A stretch of DNA of 63,947 nt, filler included, from 6 parts of 6 records of this genome joined end to end with filler, not necessarily neighbours in it; one strand, 5' to 3'; numbered from the whole stretch's first letter, positions 48,623-59,689 are shown. Notes: generated by a model from the sequence alone, not told the origin. Program-made: numbers and translations.

Positions 48623-49624
48623 ATGAATAGACTTAAGGCAGCTATTACAGCTGTAGGAGCATATGTGCCCGAATATGTATTAACCAACCAAATATTGGAA
48701 ACTATGGTTGATACAAATGATGAATGGATAACTTCTAGAACTGGAATTAAGCAGAGGCATATATTAAAAGAAGAAGGAAAGGGTACTTCGTACCTTGCAA
48801 TTAAAGCAGCAGAAGACCTCCTTCAAAAAAGTGGTGCCAATCCAGAAGAGATTGACATGGTTATTGTCGGAACGGCAACCCCAGACCAACCCGTAGCAGC
48901 AACCGCTGCTTATGTAGCTTCTCAAATAGGAGCTGTAAATGCATTTTCCTACGATTTACAAGCAGCATGTTCCAGCTTTTTATTCGGAATGTCTACCGCT
49001 GCTAGTTATATAGAATCTGGACGTTACAAGAAAGTATTACTTATAGGAGCCGATAAAATGTCTTCTATATTAGATTATACCGATAGAACTACCTGTATAA
49101 TCTTTGGAGATGGAGCTGGAGCCGCTCTTTTTGAACCTAATGAAGAAGGATTAGGATTACAAGATGAGTATTTAAGAAGTGATGGAATTGGAAGAGACTT
49201 TCTGAAAATTGAAGCAGGAGGTTCTATTTTACCAGCTTCCGAAGAAACTGTGAAAAATAAACAACATTTTGTATATCAAGATGGTAAAACTGTATTTAAA
49301 TTTGCTGTTTCAAATATGGCAGATGTTACAGAAAAAATAATGACACGTAATAATCTTACTAAAGAGGACGTTCAATGGTTAGTACCGCATCAAGCTAATA
49401 AACGTATTATAGATGCTACTGCTAATCGTGCAGAATTAGATCCATCTAAAGTAATGGTTAATATTCAGAAATACGGTAATACAACTTCGGCAACACTGCC
49501 TTTGTTACTTAACGATTATGAAAAGCAACTCAAAAAAGGCGACAATTTAATATTTGCTGCTTTTGGAGGTGGATTTACCTGGGGTTCCATTTATTTAAAA
49601 TGGGCATATAACGCAAAACAATAG
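48623..49624 (+). CDS. fabH: Beta-ketoacyl-ACP synthase III
   Basis: DTNDEWITSRTGI; AACSSF; FGDGAGA; PHQANKRI; GNTTSA; FGGGFTWG. Confidence 0.96.
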   Translation: MNRLKAAITAVGAYVPEYVLTNQILETMVDTNDEWITSRTGIKQRHILKEEGKGTSYLAIKAAEDLLQKSGANPEEIDMVIVGTATPDQPVAATAAYVASQIGAVNAFSYDLQAACSSFLFGMSTAASYIESGRYKKVLLIGADKMSSILDYTDRTTCIIFGDGAGAALFEPNEEGLGLQDEYLRSDGIGRDFLKIEAGGSILPASEETVKNKQHFVYQDGKTVFKFAVSNMADVTEKIMTRNNLTKEDVQWLVPHQANKRIIDATANRAELDPSKVMVNIQKYGNTTSATLPLLLNDYEKQLKKGDNLIFAAFGGGFTWGSIYLKWAYNAKQ

Positions 49625-49649
49625 AACTCAAAACTAACAAAACTAAATC

Positions 49650-50144
49650 ATGGATTTAAAAGAGATTCAAAATTTGATCAAATTCGTGGCAAAATCTGGT
49701 GCAAGCGAAGTAAAGCTTGAAATGGAGGATGTAAAGATTACTATTAAAACAGGGTCTGAAGACAAAAATGGTGAAACTACTACTTTTGTTCAACAAATCC
49801 CTATGAATCAACCAATGCCTCAACAAGGCATTGCTCCTCAACCAGTTGCTGCTCCTGCAGAAACCGAAGCTTCTTCACCAGCTGCTAAAGAAGACGACAG
49901 TAAATACATTACAATTAAATCGCCAATTATTGGTACATTCTACAGAAGACCTTCTCCAGACAAGCCTAATTTTGCTGAAGTTGGAGATACTATCGCTAAA
50001 GGTGATGTACTTTGTATTATTGAAGCGATGAAACTTTTCAATGAAATTGAATCAGAAGTTTCTGGTAAAATTGTAAAAGTATTGGCTGATGAATCTTCTC
50101 CTGTTGAATTCGATCAGCCATTATTTTTGGTAGACCCATCATAA
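49650..50144 (+). CDS. accB: Acetyl-CoA carboxylase biotin carboxyl carrier protein
   Basis: SPIIGTFYR; IEAMKLFNEI. Confidence 0.96.
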   Translation: MDLKEIQNLIKFVAKSGASEVKLEMEDVKITIKTGSEDKNGETTTFVQQIPMNQPMPQQGIAPQPVAAPAETEASSPAAKEDDSKYITIKSPIIGTFYRRPSPDKPNFAEVGDTIAKGDVLCIIEAMKLFNEIESEVSGKIVKVLADESSPVEFDQPLFLVDPS

Positions 50145-50215
50145 GAAATTTGAAAGGATGAATTTAGAAATCATCATTTAAAAGGATTTAAAATTTAGAA
50201 TTTAAAATTTCAGAG

Positions 50216-51568
50216 ATGTTTAAAAAAATATTGATCGCAAATAGAGGAGAAATAGCACTTCGTGTTATTAGAACCTGCAAAGAGATGGGTATCAAAACAG
50301 TGGCTGTATACTCAAAAGCAGACGAAGAAAGTTTGCATGTACGTTTTGCCGACGAAGCTGTTTGCATTGGTCCAGCACCAAGCAAGGATTCTTATCTTAA
50401 AATATCAAGCATTATAGCTGCTGCAGAAATTACAAATGCAGATGCTATCCACCCAGGGTATGGGTTTCTTTCTGAAAATGCTAATTTTTCAAGAATTTGT
50501 AAGGAACATGGTATCAAATTTATTGGTGCAGGTCCAGAAATGATTGAAAAAATGGGAGATAAAGCGAGTGCTAAATCTACCATGAAAGCTGCAAAAGTAC
50601 CTACCGTTCCTGGTTCTGATGGTCTTTTAGAATCTTTAGACCAAACCAAAAAGCTAGCTAAAGAAATGGGATATCCTGTTATGCTAAAAGCTACTGCCGG
50701 AGGTGGAGGAAAAGGAATGCGTGCCGTTTGGAAAGAAGAAGATTTACAAAAAGCATACGAAAGTGCTAAACAAGAAGCTGCAGCTTCTTTTGGTAACGAT
50801 GGTATGTATATGGAAAAACTTATCGAAGAACCTCGACATATAGAAATCCAGGTAGTAGGAGATCAATTCGGAAAAGCATGCCATCTTTCAGAAAGAGATT
50901 GCTCGGTACAAAGACGTCATCAAAAACTTACCGAAGAAACTCCTTCTCCATTTATGACCGATGAACTTCGAGATAAAATGGGAAAAGCCGCTGTAAAAGC
51001 AGCCGAGTTTATTAAATATGAAGGAGCTGGTACTGTTGAGTTTCTAGTTGATAAGCACCGTAATTTCTATTTTATGGAAATGAATACGCGGATTCAAGTA
51101 GAACACCCAATTACAGAACAGGTAATTGATTACGACTTAATCCGTGAACAAATTTTAGTTGCCGCTGGAGTGCCAATTTCTGGTAAAAACTACACTCCAA
51201 AACTACACTCTATTGAATGTAGAATTAACGCGGAAGACCCGTATAACGACTTTAGACCTTCTCCAGGAAAAATTACAACTTTACATGCCCCTGGAGGACA
51301 CGGAGTACGTTTAGACACCCATGTGTATAGCGGCTATATTATCCCTCCAAACTATGACTCTATGATTGCTAAGTTGATTACAACTGCGCAAACAAGAGAA
51401 GAAGCTATCAATAAAATGAAGCGTGCTTTGGACGAGTTTGTAATTGAAGGTGTAAAAACTACGATTCCATTTCATAGACAGTTAATGGACGAACCAGATT
51501 ATATTTCTGGTAACTACACAACTAAGTTTATGGAGACTTTTAAAATGAACCCTCCAGTAGAAGAATAA
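50216..51568 (+). CDS. accC: Acetyl-CoA carboxylase biotin carboxylase
   Basis: [38 protein letters not shown]. Confidence 0.97.
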   Translation: MFKKILIANRGEIALRVIRTCKEMGIKTVAVYSKADEESLHVRFADEAVCIGPAPSKDSYLKISSIIAAAEITNADAIHPGYGFLSENANFSRICKEHGIKFIGAGPEMIEKMGDKASAKSTMKAAKVPTVPGSDGLLESLDQTKKLAKEMGYPVMLKATAGGGGKGMRAVWKEEDLQKAYESAKQEAAASFGNDGMYMEKLIEEPRHIEIQVVGDQFGKACHLSERDCSVQRRHQKLTEETPSPFMTDELRDKMGKAAVKAAEFIKYEGAGTVEFLVDKHRNFYFMEMNTRIQVEHPITEQVIDYDLIREQILVAAGVPISGKNYTPKLHSIECRINAEDPYNDFRPSPGKITTLHAPGGHGVRLDTHVYSGYIIPPNYDSMIAKLITTAQTREEAINKMKRALDEFVIEGVKTTIPFHRQLMDEPDYISGNYTTKFMETFKMNPPVEE

Positions 51569-51591
51569 ATCTTCTAGTGTTTTTAAAATAT

Positions 51592-51630
51592 AAACCCGTA
51601 TCATTTTATACATTTGATACGGGTTTTTTA
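51592..51630 (+). terminator. Rho-independent terminator
   Basis: AAACCCGTATCA...TGATACGGGTTT + T-run. Confidence 0.75.
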
Positions 51631-51647
51631 ATTTATTGACGTCGTTT

Positions 51648-52334
51648 ATGAAGGTTTTTCGTTTTCTTTTTAAGGTTTTGCTGTGGTTTATTGGGATTTC
51701 TGTTATCTGGGTGTTAATCTATAAATGGGTTCCCGTTCCTGTTACTCCTTTAATGGCAATACGGACTATTCAGCAAAATAATAAGCAAGAAACAATCATT
51801 TGGAAACACAACTGGGTTTCTATTGATAAAATTTCAAAAAACCTTCAATTGGCAGTTATTTGTAGTGAAGACCAAAAGTTTGAAAAACACAATGGTTTTG
51901 ATGTGAAAGCAATTGAAAAAGTAATTAAAAACTCATCAGAAGGGAAAAAACTTAGAGGCGCAAGCACTATAAGTCAGCAAACAGCAAAGAATGTTTTTTT
52001 ATGGCCTGGAAGAAGCTGGATTAGAAAAGGCTTTGAGGTCTACTTTACTTTTTTAATTGAACAATTATGGAGCAAAGAACGCATTATAGAAATCTATTTA
52101 AACAGCATTGAAATGGGAAATGGAATCTACGGAGCGGAAGCAGCTTCTAAATTTTGGTTTCATAAAAAAGCATCCCAATTATCTAAACAAGAAGCCGCAG
52201 CAATAGCAGCAATATTACCAAATCCATTGGTTTTAAAAGCTTCTCCAGCATCAAGCTATATTCAGAATAGGAAAAATTGGATTCTAAGGCAGATGAATTT
52301 TTACGGTCCCTTCAATTTAAAAAACCCGAAATAA
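51648..52334 (+). CDS. mtgA: Monofunctional peptidoglycan transglycosylase
   Basis: SEDQKF..HNGFD; GASTISQQTAKNVFL; RKGFE; KERIIEIYLN. Confidence 0.93.
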   Translation: MKVFRFLFKVLLWFIGISVIWVLIYKWVPVPVTPLMAIRTIQQNNKQETIIWKHNWVSIDKISKNLQLAVICSEDQKFEKHNGFDVKAIEKVIKNSSEGKKLRGASTISQQTAKNVFLWPGRSWIRKGFEVYFTFLIEQLWSKERIIEIYLNSIEMGNGIYGAEAASKFWFHKKASQLSKQEAAAIAAILPNPLVLKASPASSYIQNRKNWILRQMNFYGPFNLKNPK

Positions 52335-53333
52335 TTAATCCATACTTCTCTCTTTTAAAAACTCTTGTCGTACAATTTTTGCAGTTTTATGTTCGCCCGT
52401 ATGACTCCATCCAGGAGGCATTACTATATAAGCCAGTTTGTTTTTAATGCCAGGAGCATGATATACATCTTTGCAAAGGGCAAAAATTTCACCAAAATAA
52501 ACATCTATAAAATTTCCAGAATTCATTTTCCGGGTAATCCCGTATTCTATTTTTAAGTTCTTTTCTTCATTTTGAAAGGTTCCAAAAACTTTGTCCCATA
52601 TATTCAAGAGGTTACAAAAATTGGTGTCCATATATAAGGGGTTCTTAGCATGATGTACTCTATGATGGGAAGGCGTTAAAATAATTTTATTCAGAAAACC
52701 TAGCCTCCCATCTTTAATTAAATTCTCTCCAACATGAATAAATGCTCCATAAGTGCCATCTATAAACATAATAATAAATAGCATTTCTGGTTTGATTCCC
52801 GCCAAAATACATACGGTAGTCCGGATTGCATCTGCATAAGGAGCTTCTAAGAAAAAATGTGCATGAGTAACGGAAAGATTCATGTCTTCGGGAGCATGAT
52901 GTGTAGAATGCAAACACCAAAATAAACGAACTTTATGTCCCCAATAATGATAAAGAAAATGAGCAAACTCCCACACAACATATCCATATAGAAACCAATA
53001 CCATTTTAGAGATGTTTGTATAGGTGCGTATGGCTCTAATACGCCAATAAGAAAAGTTGTAACTGCAATAGCAATAAACCTACCGATAAAACGATTTAGG
53101 ACATAAGTCAAAAATGTAATTTTATAAACTTTAGTTTGTGGTTTTTTATAGATTAAACCCAATATAAATTCCAAAAGAATTAATAATGGAATAATAGGAA
53201 ATATTAAAGCTGTAATCCCTTCATATGTTCTAAGAGCTTCATAATTACCGCTTTGCAAAATATCCCAAGCCTGAGATATCCCTAAAAAATTTATTATTTC
53301 TTCAATAAAAGTGTTAAATACATCCATTTTCAA
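52335..53333 (-). CDS. Sterol desaturase / fatty acid hydroxylase family protein
   Basis: His boxes HYWGH, HSTHH, HRVHH; WDKVFGTF. Confidence 0.88.
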   Translation of the reverse strand: MKMDVFNTFIEEIINFLGISQAWDILQSGNYEALRTYEGITALIFPIIPLLILLEFILGLIYKKPQTKVYKITFLTYVLNRFIGRFIAIAVTTFLIGVLEPYAPIQTSLKWYWFLYGYVVWEFAHFLYHYWGHKVRLFWCLHSTHHAPEDMNLSVTHAHFFLEAPYADAIRTTVCILAGIKPEMLFIIMFIDGTYGAFIHVGENLIKDGRLGFLNKIILTPSHHRVHHAKNPLYMDTNFCNLLNIWDKVFGTFQNEEKNLKIEYGITRKMNSGNFIDVYFGEIFALCKDVYHAPGIKNKLAYIVMPPGWSHTGEHKTAKIVRQEFLKERSMD

Positions 53334-53559
53334 CTAGATTAAGAGTCAAAATTTATAATTATTGAAAAATAGTAAAAAATAATCTATATTTCAATAATTA
53401 ATTACATAAAGCTTGGCTTTGTTAAATAATTGCTTTCAATAACTTATATTTACTTTTAAGTGAAAGGGATTATCTTAGCTTTTCAGTTTGAGAAAAAATA
53501 ATACTTTTCAAATATGTACTTCTAAACAACGGCGAAATAAAATTTAATCAAAATAGATT

Positions 53560-54666
53560 ATGACGAAAACTAAATTGCTTTTCATTTTTATAATTACCTT
53601 ATTATTTAATGCTTGTAAAGGCGATAAAACTAAAAAAGAAACTGTTCAAAATACTGCTCCAATTCCTGTTTTGAATCTTGAGGAGGCTAACCGACTTGCA
53701 TCCTTACCACTTGAATGTATGCAAATAGAATTTCCTAACAAACTCAACCAAACCCTTCAAGATAGCTCTCAATTAGCAGCACCAAAAAAACTACACCCAG
53801 CTTTTTATGGATGTTTCGACTGGCATTCTTCTGTACATGGACATTGGTCTTTAGTTTCACTTTTAAAGCAGTTTCCTTCTTTAAATCATTCAGAAATCAT
53901 CAGAAAAAAATTAAAAGAGAACATCTCAAAAGAAAATATAGAAGCTGAACTTGCTTATTTTAAAATGAAAGGCAACACCTCCTTCGAAAGAACGTACGGT
54001 TGGGCTTGGATCCTAAAATTAGCTGAGGAATTACATACTTGGGACGATCCGCTAGGTAAAGAACTAGAAAAAAATTTAGCGCCATTAACCAATTATATTG
54101 CAACTTCATATATTGAATTTCTTCCTAAATTGAATTATCCTATTCGTGTTGGGGAACATACAAATACTGCCTTCGGACTTTCCTTAGCTTGGGATTACGC
54201 TTCTACACTTCAAAACAATGAATTACAGACAAGCATAACAGAAACCGTAAACAGATTTTATAAAAGCGATACAAATTGCCCTTTGAGTTGGGAACCAAGC
54301 GGATTTGATTTCCTTTCTCCTTGTTTAGAAGAAGCAAACCTTGTAAGAAAAGTATATGCTAAAGAGGATTTTAAAGTTTGGTTAAATAATTTCTTACCTC
54401 AATTAACACATTCAGATTTTGAATTAGCTCAAGGAAAAGTGGGCGACAGAGAGGATGGTAAATTAGTTCATTTAGATGGTTTAAATTTTAGTCGCGCATG
54501 GTGTTTATATGGCATTGCACAAACACTTCCAGAATATAATCATTTAAAAAATATTGCCAATCAACATATTAATTATTCACTACCAAATATTGTAGACAAC
54601 AATTACAGTGGCACACATTGGCTAGGAACTTTTGCCCTGTATTCTTTAAACCATGTACCCAAATAA
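53560..54666 (+). CDS. DUF2891 family lipoprotein
   Basis: Lipobox FNAC; LHPAFYGCFDWHSSVHGHW; FERTYGWAW; HLDGLNFSRAW. Confidence 0.85.
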   Translation: MTKTKLLFIFIITLLFNACKGDKTKKETVQNTAPIPVLNLEEANRLASLPLECMQIEFPNKLNQTLQDSSQLAAPKKLHPAFYGCFDWHSSVHGHWSLVSLLKQFPSLNHSEIIRKKLKENISKENIEAELAYFKMKGNTSFERTYGWAWILKLAEELHTWDDPLGKELEKNLAPLTNYIATSYIEFLPKLNYPIRVGEHTNTAFGLSLAWDYASTLQNNELQTSITETVNRFYKSDTNCPLSWEPSGFDFLSPCLEEANLVRKVYAKEDFKVWLNNFLPQLTHSDFELAQGKVGDREDGKLVHLDGLNFSRAWCLYGIAQTLPEYNHLKNIANQHINYSLPNIVDNNYSGTHWLGTFALYSLNHVPK

Positions 54667-55869
54667 ATGTTTAAAAAAGTAGGTCCAGGAGTTTTAGTTG
54701 CAGCGGCTTTTATTGGGCCAGGAACAGTTACTACCTGTATGTTAACAGGAAATTCTTTTGGATTTTCACTGTTATGGGCAATGTTATTTTCTATAATAGC
54801 TACTATTTTTTTACAAGAAATGGCAGCACGTATTGGGATTATAACCCAAAAAGGCTTAGGAGATGTAGTTGCAACCGAAATATACAAACCTTGGTTGCGA
54901 TGGCTTGTTATAACCCTAATTTTAGGAGCAATTGTTATTGGGAACACCGCTTATGAAGGCGGAAATATTGGCGGAGCAACCCTTGGCCTCCAAGCACTAT
55001 TTGGAACCGAACACTCTTATTTATACCCACTAATTATTGGTAGTTTGGCATTTATATTTTTATACATCGGGAAATATAAAACAATAGAAAAAATTCTTGT
55101 TGCTCTAGTAATTCTAATGAGTATCTCTTTTATACTTACTGCCATTGTAACCAAACCAAATATTATAGAGATTCTTAAAGGTCTTTTTATACCTACAGCA
55201 CCAAAAAATAGCCTTCTAAGCATAATAGCCTTAGTTGGAACTACAATTGTACCCTATAATTTATTTCTGCACGCTTCTTTAGTAAGCAAAAAATGGAATA
55301 AAACTACAGATTTAAAATATGCACAAAGAGACACTATTCTATCCATTTCCTTAGGCGGACTAGTATCCATAGCTATAATGATTACAGCAGCAAAAACTCA
55401 AAGCTTAGAAATAAAAAATGTGCTCGACCTCGCAATTGGACTAGAACCGATTTACGGAAATAGCGCCAAATATTTTATGGGAATAGGACTCTTTGCAGCC
55501 GGATTAACCTCTGCCATTACCGCCCCACTAGCTGCCGCATTTGTTGCCAATAGTTGCTTTGGATGGGGTTCTAATATGCAAAACAAACGCTTCAAAGCAG
55601 TTTGGATGTTTATAATTATTCTTGGCGTTATTTTAATGTCCTTTGGAATAAAGCCTATTGAAGTTATAAAACTGGCGCAAATAGCAAATGGTATTTTACT
55701 CCCTATTATAACCATTTTTTTACTTTGGGCAGTAAACAGAACTTCCATTTTAAAAACATATAAGAATACTTTAATTCAGAATATTATAGGAATCATTATT
55801 GTGGTATTAACATTAGGACTTGGAATAATGAGCGTTTTAAAAGTGTTTGGAATACAAGTTTTTGCATAA
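54667..55869 (+). CDS. Nramp-like (YcsG-type) transporter
   Basis: GPGVLVAAAFIGPGTVTT; QEMAARIG; GTTIVPYNLFLH; about 11 TM helices. Confidence 0.85.
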   Translation: MFKKVGPGVLVAAAFIGPGTVTTCMLTGNSFGFSLLWAMLFSIIATIFLQEMAARIGIITQKGLGDVVATEIYKPWLRWLVITLILGAIVIGNTAYEGGNIGGATLGLQALFGTEHSYLYPLIIGSLAFIFLYIGKYKTIEKILVALVILMSISFILTAIVTKPNIIEILKGLFIPTAPKNSLLSIIALVGTTIVPYNLFLHASLVSKKWNKTTDLKYAQRDTILSISLGGLVSIAIMITAAKTQSLEIKNVLDLAIGLEPIYGNSAKYFMGIGLFAAGLTSAITAPLAAAFVANSCFGWGSNMQNKRFKAVWMFIIILGVILMSFGIKPIEVIKLAQIANGILLPIITIFLLWAVNRTSILKTYKNTLIQNIIGIIIVVLTLGLGIMSVLKVFGIQVFA

Positions 55870-55876
55870 ATTTGAA

Positions 55877-56344
55877 ATGATGAAAACTACAAAAGAACTT
55901 TTAATAAGTAAATGCCAAGAGCTTTTAAACCAACGGCTATATCAAGTACAAAAAGCAATTGCCACAATTGAAGAATCTTTTGCTTCTGAAACAAAAAGTA
56001 GTGCAGGAGATAAACATGAAACTGGCCGTGCAATGCTTCAATTAGAAAGAGAAAAAGCCGGAAATCGACTTCGGGAAATTGAAAATATGCTGCATGCTTT
56101 TTCTAGAATTAACTATGATAAGTCTTCTGAAGAAAAAAATCAAAAAGTCAAAGTAGGTAATCTTATAAAAACCAACCTTGCTTCTTATTTTATAGCTGTT
56201 TCCTTAGGACAACTTACCGTTCAAAATGAGGACATTTATTGCATCTCAGCGCAATCTCCTATTGGACAACTATTATTAGGAAAAACAATTAACGATGACG
56301 TTTCTTTTCAATCATCAAAAATAAAAATTCTAGAAATTCATTAA
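55877..56344 (+). CDS. GreA/GreB-like protein
   Basis: Coiled coil with KSSAGDKHETGRAM; C-terminal IS.QSPIGQLLLGK. Confidence 0.75.
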   Translation: MMKTTKELLISKCQELLNQRLYQVQKAIATIEESFASETKSSAGDKHETGRAMLQLEREKAGNRLREIENMLHAFSRINYDKSSEEKNQKVKVGNLIKTNLASYFIAVSLGQLTVQNEDIYCISAQSPIGQLLLGKTINDDVSFQSSKIKILEIH

Positions 56345-56410
56345 TTCGTTATTTATCTTCTTATTGCCCGTAAGGGATCCCTTTTAACTTAGATTTCCAC
56401 TTTAAAGAAC

Positions 56411-56435
56411 TACCTCGAGGTAAGCCTACGAGGTA
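56411..56435. repeat. REP-like palindrome near contig end
   Basis: TACCTCG-AGGTAAGCCTA-CGAGGTA. Confidence 0.5.
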
Positions 56436-56477
56436 TTTTAAGGAAACTAATTTAATCCATTTCGACGTAGAACCCTT

Positions 56478-56577
56478 NNNNNNNNNNNNNNNNNNNNNNN
56501 NNNNNNNNNNNNNNNNNNNNNTTAATTAATTAANNNNNNNNNNNNNNNNNNNNNNNNNNNNNNNNNNNNNNNNNNNN
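56478..56577. other. Artificial contig linker
   Basis: N-run + TTAATTAATTAA + N-run. Confidence 0.98.
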
Positions 56578-56578
56578 T

Positions 56579-56920
56579 ATTATTTACGAAGGAAGAAAGT
56601 TTAAATCATATCGTGGTATGGGTTCTGTAGAAGCTATGAAACAAGGTTCTAAGGATCGTTACTTTCAAGATGTTGAAGATGACATCAAGAAACTAGTACC
56701 AGAAGGAATTGTAGGACGTGTACCTTATAAAGGTGAACTTTATGAAAGCATACATCAATTTATTGGTGGTTTGCGCGCTGGTATGGGTTATTGTGGTGCT
56801 AAGGATGTAGATACCTTAAAAGAGACCGGACGTTTTGTGAAAATTACGTCTTCAGGAATTAATGAGAGTCATCCTCACGATGTTACTATTACTAAGGAAT
56901 CTCCTAATTATAGTAGATAA
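56579..56920 (+). CDS. guaB: IMP dehydrogenase, 5'-truncated
   Basis: [53 protein letters not shown]. Confidence 0.95.
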   Translation: MIYEGRKFKSYRGMGSVEAMKQGSKDRYFQDVEDDIKKLVPEGIVGRVPYKGELYESIHQFIGGLRAGMGYCGAKDVDTLKETGRFVKITSSGINESHPHDVTITKESPNYSR

Positions 56921-56940
56921 ATTAAAGCTTATATATAACA

Positions 56941-56975
56941 AAAAAATCCCGTTCAATTTGAACGGGATTTTTTTT
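56941..56975. terminator. Bidirectional Rho-independent terminator
   Basis: AAAAAATCCCGTTCA-ATT-TGAACGGGATTTTTT between convergent genes. Confidence 0.85.
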
Positions 56976-56993
56976 GTACTTGAATTAAATACT

Positions 56994-57530
56994 TTAATTC
57001 TGTCCTTGCGGTTGCTGTTGTTTAATAGTAACTCCCATACGTTTCATTACAGCTTCTGTAACATCAAATTTTGGATCGGCATAGCCTAATGCTCCAGAAC
57101 CTATGTTTAAAACCTGAGAATAGTTTTGTGCTTTAGCTTCAGCATCTAAAGCTTTACCTATACGTTGGTATAAAGGCGCTAAAAGTTGATCTCTTCTTAA
57201 ACTTAACAATTGAGAACCATTTTTTCTAAACTGCATTATATCATTCTCTACGTTAGCAATTTCTTGACTTTTAGTTTGCTTCATAGCATCAGTCATCGTT
57301 GCTTGAGCAGCATCAAAAGCTTTGTACTTAGTTTCATAGTCTGTCATCTTTGTTTGCAGTTGTGCAGATAATGATGCCTCGTAATTTGCAAGACTGTCAT
57401 TAACTTTTTTAAGCTCATCTGTCATGTTGGTTAAGATAAAATCTACATCTACTGTTCCAACTTTAGATTGTGCCATACTTACAGTAGTTGTAACTATAAA
57501 AAAGGCTGCTAATAAAATATTCTTCATCAT
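56994..57530 (-). CDS. skp: OmpH/Skp family outer membrane chaperone
   Basis: Signal peptide; KVGTVDVDFIL; long coiled coil; YADPKFDVTEAV. Confidence 0.85.
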   Translation of the reverse strand: MMKNILLAAFFIVTTTVSMAQSKVGTVDVDFILTNMTDELKKVNDSLANYEASLSAQLQTKMTDYETKYKAFDAAQATMTDAMKQTKSQEIANVENDIMQFRKNGSQLLSLRRDQLLAPLYQRIGKALDAEAKAQNYSQVLNIGSGALGYADPKFDVTEAVMKRMGVTIKQQQPQGQN

Positions 57531-57582
57531 ATATTTAAATTTTTACAAATGTAATAAAGCTATAAGAACTAACACATTAGTC

Positions 57583-57834
57583 TTAATTTTTTACAGCGTG
57601 TACTACACCTCTATGTGGTTTTAATGCATCTCTAACAGTTTTCATTTCTGTTTCTAAAACTATTACATATGCTATACTATGCATTTCTGAAAGGCTTTCA
57701 ACACCTATGCCAAAATGTTCTTTACACTCAATTTGAAAATATTCTTTGAGGTGAATCTCATGATGTTTAGCTATAGGCTCTGCATCTGGACCTCTAAAAT
57801 CCCAAATTAGTTTTAGTTGTCTATTTTTTTGCAT
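57583..57834 (-). CDS. Small hypothetical protein downstream of yidC
   Basis: KLIWDFRGP...AKHHEIHLKE...VRDALKPHRG; overlaps the yidC stop. Confidence 0.7.
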   Translation of the reverse strand: MQKNRQLKLIWDFRGPDAEPIAKHHEIHLKEYFQIECKEHFGIGVESLSEMHSIAYVIVLETEMKTVRDALKPHRGVVHAVKN

Positions 57835-59689
57835 TTTTCTGAGCTTCTGCCTGTTCCATCATTTCTTGCATTTTCTTAGAAAATCTGTTTTGTTTTTTAG
57901 GCTTCTTCTTGTTTGCTTCTATCTTAGCGTGAATCTTATCTTCATCTATAATTACATTCTTAATAACTAACATAATACCAATTGTAATAAGGTTAGAGAT
58001 AAAGTAATATAATGATAAACCACTCGCGTAGTTATTAAAGAAGAACAACATTAATAATGGCGACAAGTACATGATAAACTTCATGTTAGGCATTCCTGGC
58101 TGAGAGTTTTGCTGCATAGTTTGCCCAGTAGTCATCGTCATATAAAAGAAGATAGCTACAGATGCTAATATTGGGAACAAACTCACGTGGTCGCCATAAA
58201 ATGGAATACTAAAAGGTAACTCTGCAATAGTATCATAACTTGACAAATCATCTGCCCAAAGGAAACTTTTCTGCCTTAGTTGAAATGCACTTGGGAAAAA
58301 CTGAAACAATGCATAGAATACAGGCAATTGCATTAGTGCTGGCAAACAACCACTCATTGGGCTTGCGCCTGCCTTACTATACAGCTTCATTGTTTCTTGC
58401 TGCTTTTTCATTGGGTTGTCCTTATACTTTTCATTAAGCTCATTTATTTCTGGCTTAAGAACTTTCATCTTAGCTTGAGACAAGTAAGATTTATAAGTAA
58501 CTGGAGACAGCACTATTCTTACAACAATTGTCATAATTATAATTGCCACACCATAAGATACAACTCCAAAACTTGTAATAAATGCAAAGAATGGTATAAA
58601 TACATAACGGTTTATCCATCCAAAAATTCCCCAACCTAATGGAATAACCTCATCAAGGTTCCTATCATAATCATTTAAGATTTTATAATCTGAAGGACCG
58701 TAGTACCAATTCATATTATAATCTATTTCACCACCTTTAGTTTCTAATGGAAACTGTGCTGTAAATTCCTTTGTGTAAACCGTATCTATATCTTCATCTT
58801 CAACCAAATTTTTAGACGTAAACTTACCTGTTTTAAAAGGCGTATCTGTAAGTAAGATTGAAGTAAAGAAGTGTTGTTTAAATGCTACATAAGTAACATC
58901 TTCCTCTTCATCATCTGTAAAATCTTGCTGTCCTAAGTAATCATCTTTACCATCTTCATACTCATATATAGCCTCAGTATATCTGTTTTCATATGAAATA
59001 CTCTTAGCGTGCCTATAGCCTTTTAGTTTCCAGTTAAGCACAGCAGCTTCAGACGTATTTAATACATTTTCTAAACCTTTAGAGTTTATAGAAAAATCTA
59101 ACATATACTCACCTGGCTTAAGCTCATAACGGTATTCTAAATATTCAGAATTTGAAACCTTAAGCTTCATACTTAAAACTTGGTTGTCTCCACTTTTAGA
59201 TAAGGTAGGTTCAAATGCTAAGTTTTCAGTATTTAAAGTGCGGTTGTCAGACGTTTTAAAATTAATATTGAAAGATGCGTTGTTATCTTTTATAAGATGA
59301 ACAGGAATAGAGTCGTAGGTTTTAAAATTCTTCATTTTAGCCTCAACTATTTGACCTCCTTTGTTTGCTACCTTTAAAAACAAAACATCATTTTCAAATG
59401 TTGTTACTGTGCCATTATCATATTGGTTTGAATAACCGAATGATCCTAATTGTGCATTAGCCCTAGCTTGTTTTATAGAGTCTGTTTCTGTAGTGGCTAC
59501 CTGAGTAGAGTCAACAGTAGTTGGTGTAGCAACTTCATTAGTCTCGTTTGCTTTTTCAACTTGCTCTGTAGTTGCTTTTTCTTGAAGTTCTTCTTCGGTT
59601 GGTGCATTTCTATAAAGCATCCAAATAAGAATACCACCAATTAATATAAAACCGATTAATGAGTTAAGGTCAAATTTTTTATTTTCCAT
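57821..59689 (-). CDS. yidC: Membrane protein insertase YidC
   Basis: N-terminal TM; periplasmic domain; YGVAIIIMT; QQETMKLY; GCLP; SFLWADDLS; SGLSLYY. Confidence 0.96.
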   Translation of the reverse strand: MENKKFDLNSLIGFILIGGILIWMLYRNAPTEEELQEKATTEQVEKANETNEVATPTTVDSTQVATTETDSIKQARANAQLGSFGYSNQYDNGTVTTFENDVLFLKVANKGGQIVEAKMKNFKTYDSIPVHLIKDNNASFNINFKTSDNRTLNTENLAFEPTLSKSGDNQVLSMKLKVSNSEYLEYRYELKPGEYMLDFSINSKGLENVLNTSEAAVLNWKLKGYRHAKSISYENRYTEAIYEYEDGKDDYLGQQDFTDDEEEDVTYVAFKQHFFTSILLTDTPFKTGKFTSKNLVEDEDIDTVYTKEFTAQFPLETKGGEIDYNMNWYYGPSDYKILNDYDRNLDEVIPLGWGIFGWINRYVFIPFFAFITSFGVVSYGVAIIIMTIVVRIVLSPVTYKSYLSQAKMKVLKPEINELNEKYKDNPMKKQQETMKLYSKAGASPMSGCLPALMQLPVFYALFQFFPSAFQLRQKSFLWADDLSSYDTIAELPFSIPFYGDHVSLFPILASVAIFFYMTMTTGQTMQQNSQPGMPNMKFIMYLSPLLMLFFFNNYASGLSLYYFISNLITIGIMLVIKNVIIDEDKIHAKIEANKKKPKKQNRFSKKMQEMMEQAEAQKNAKK

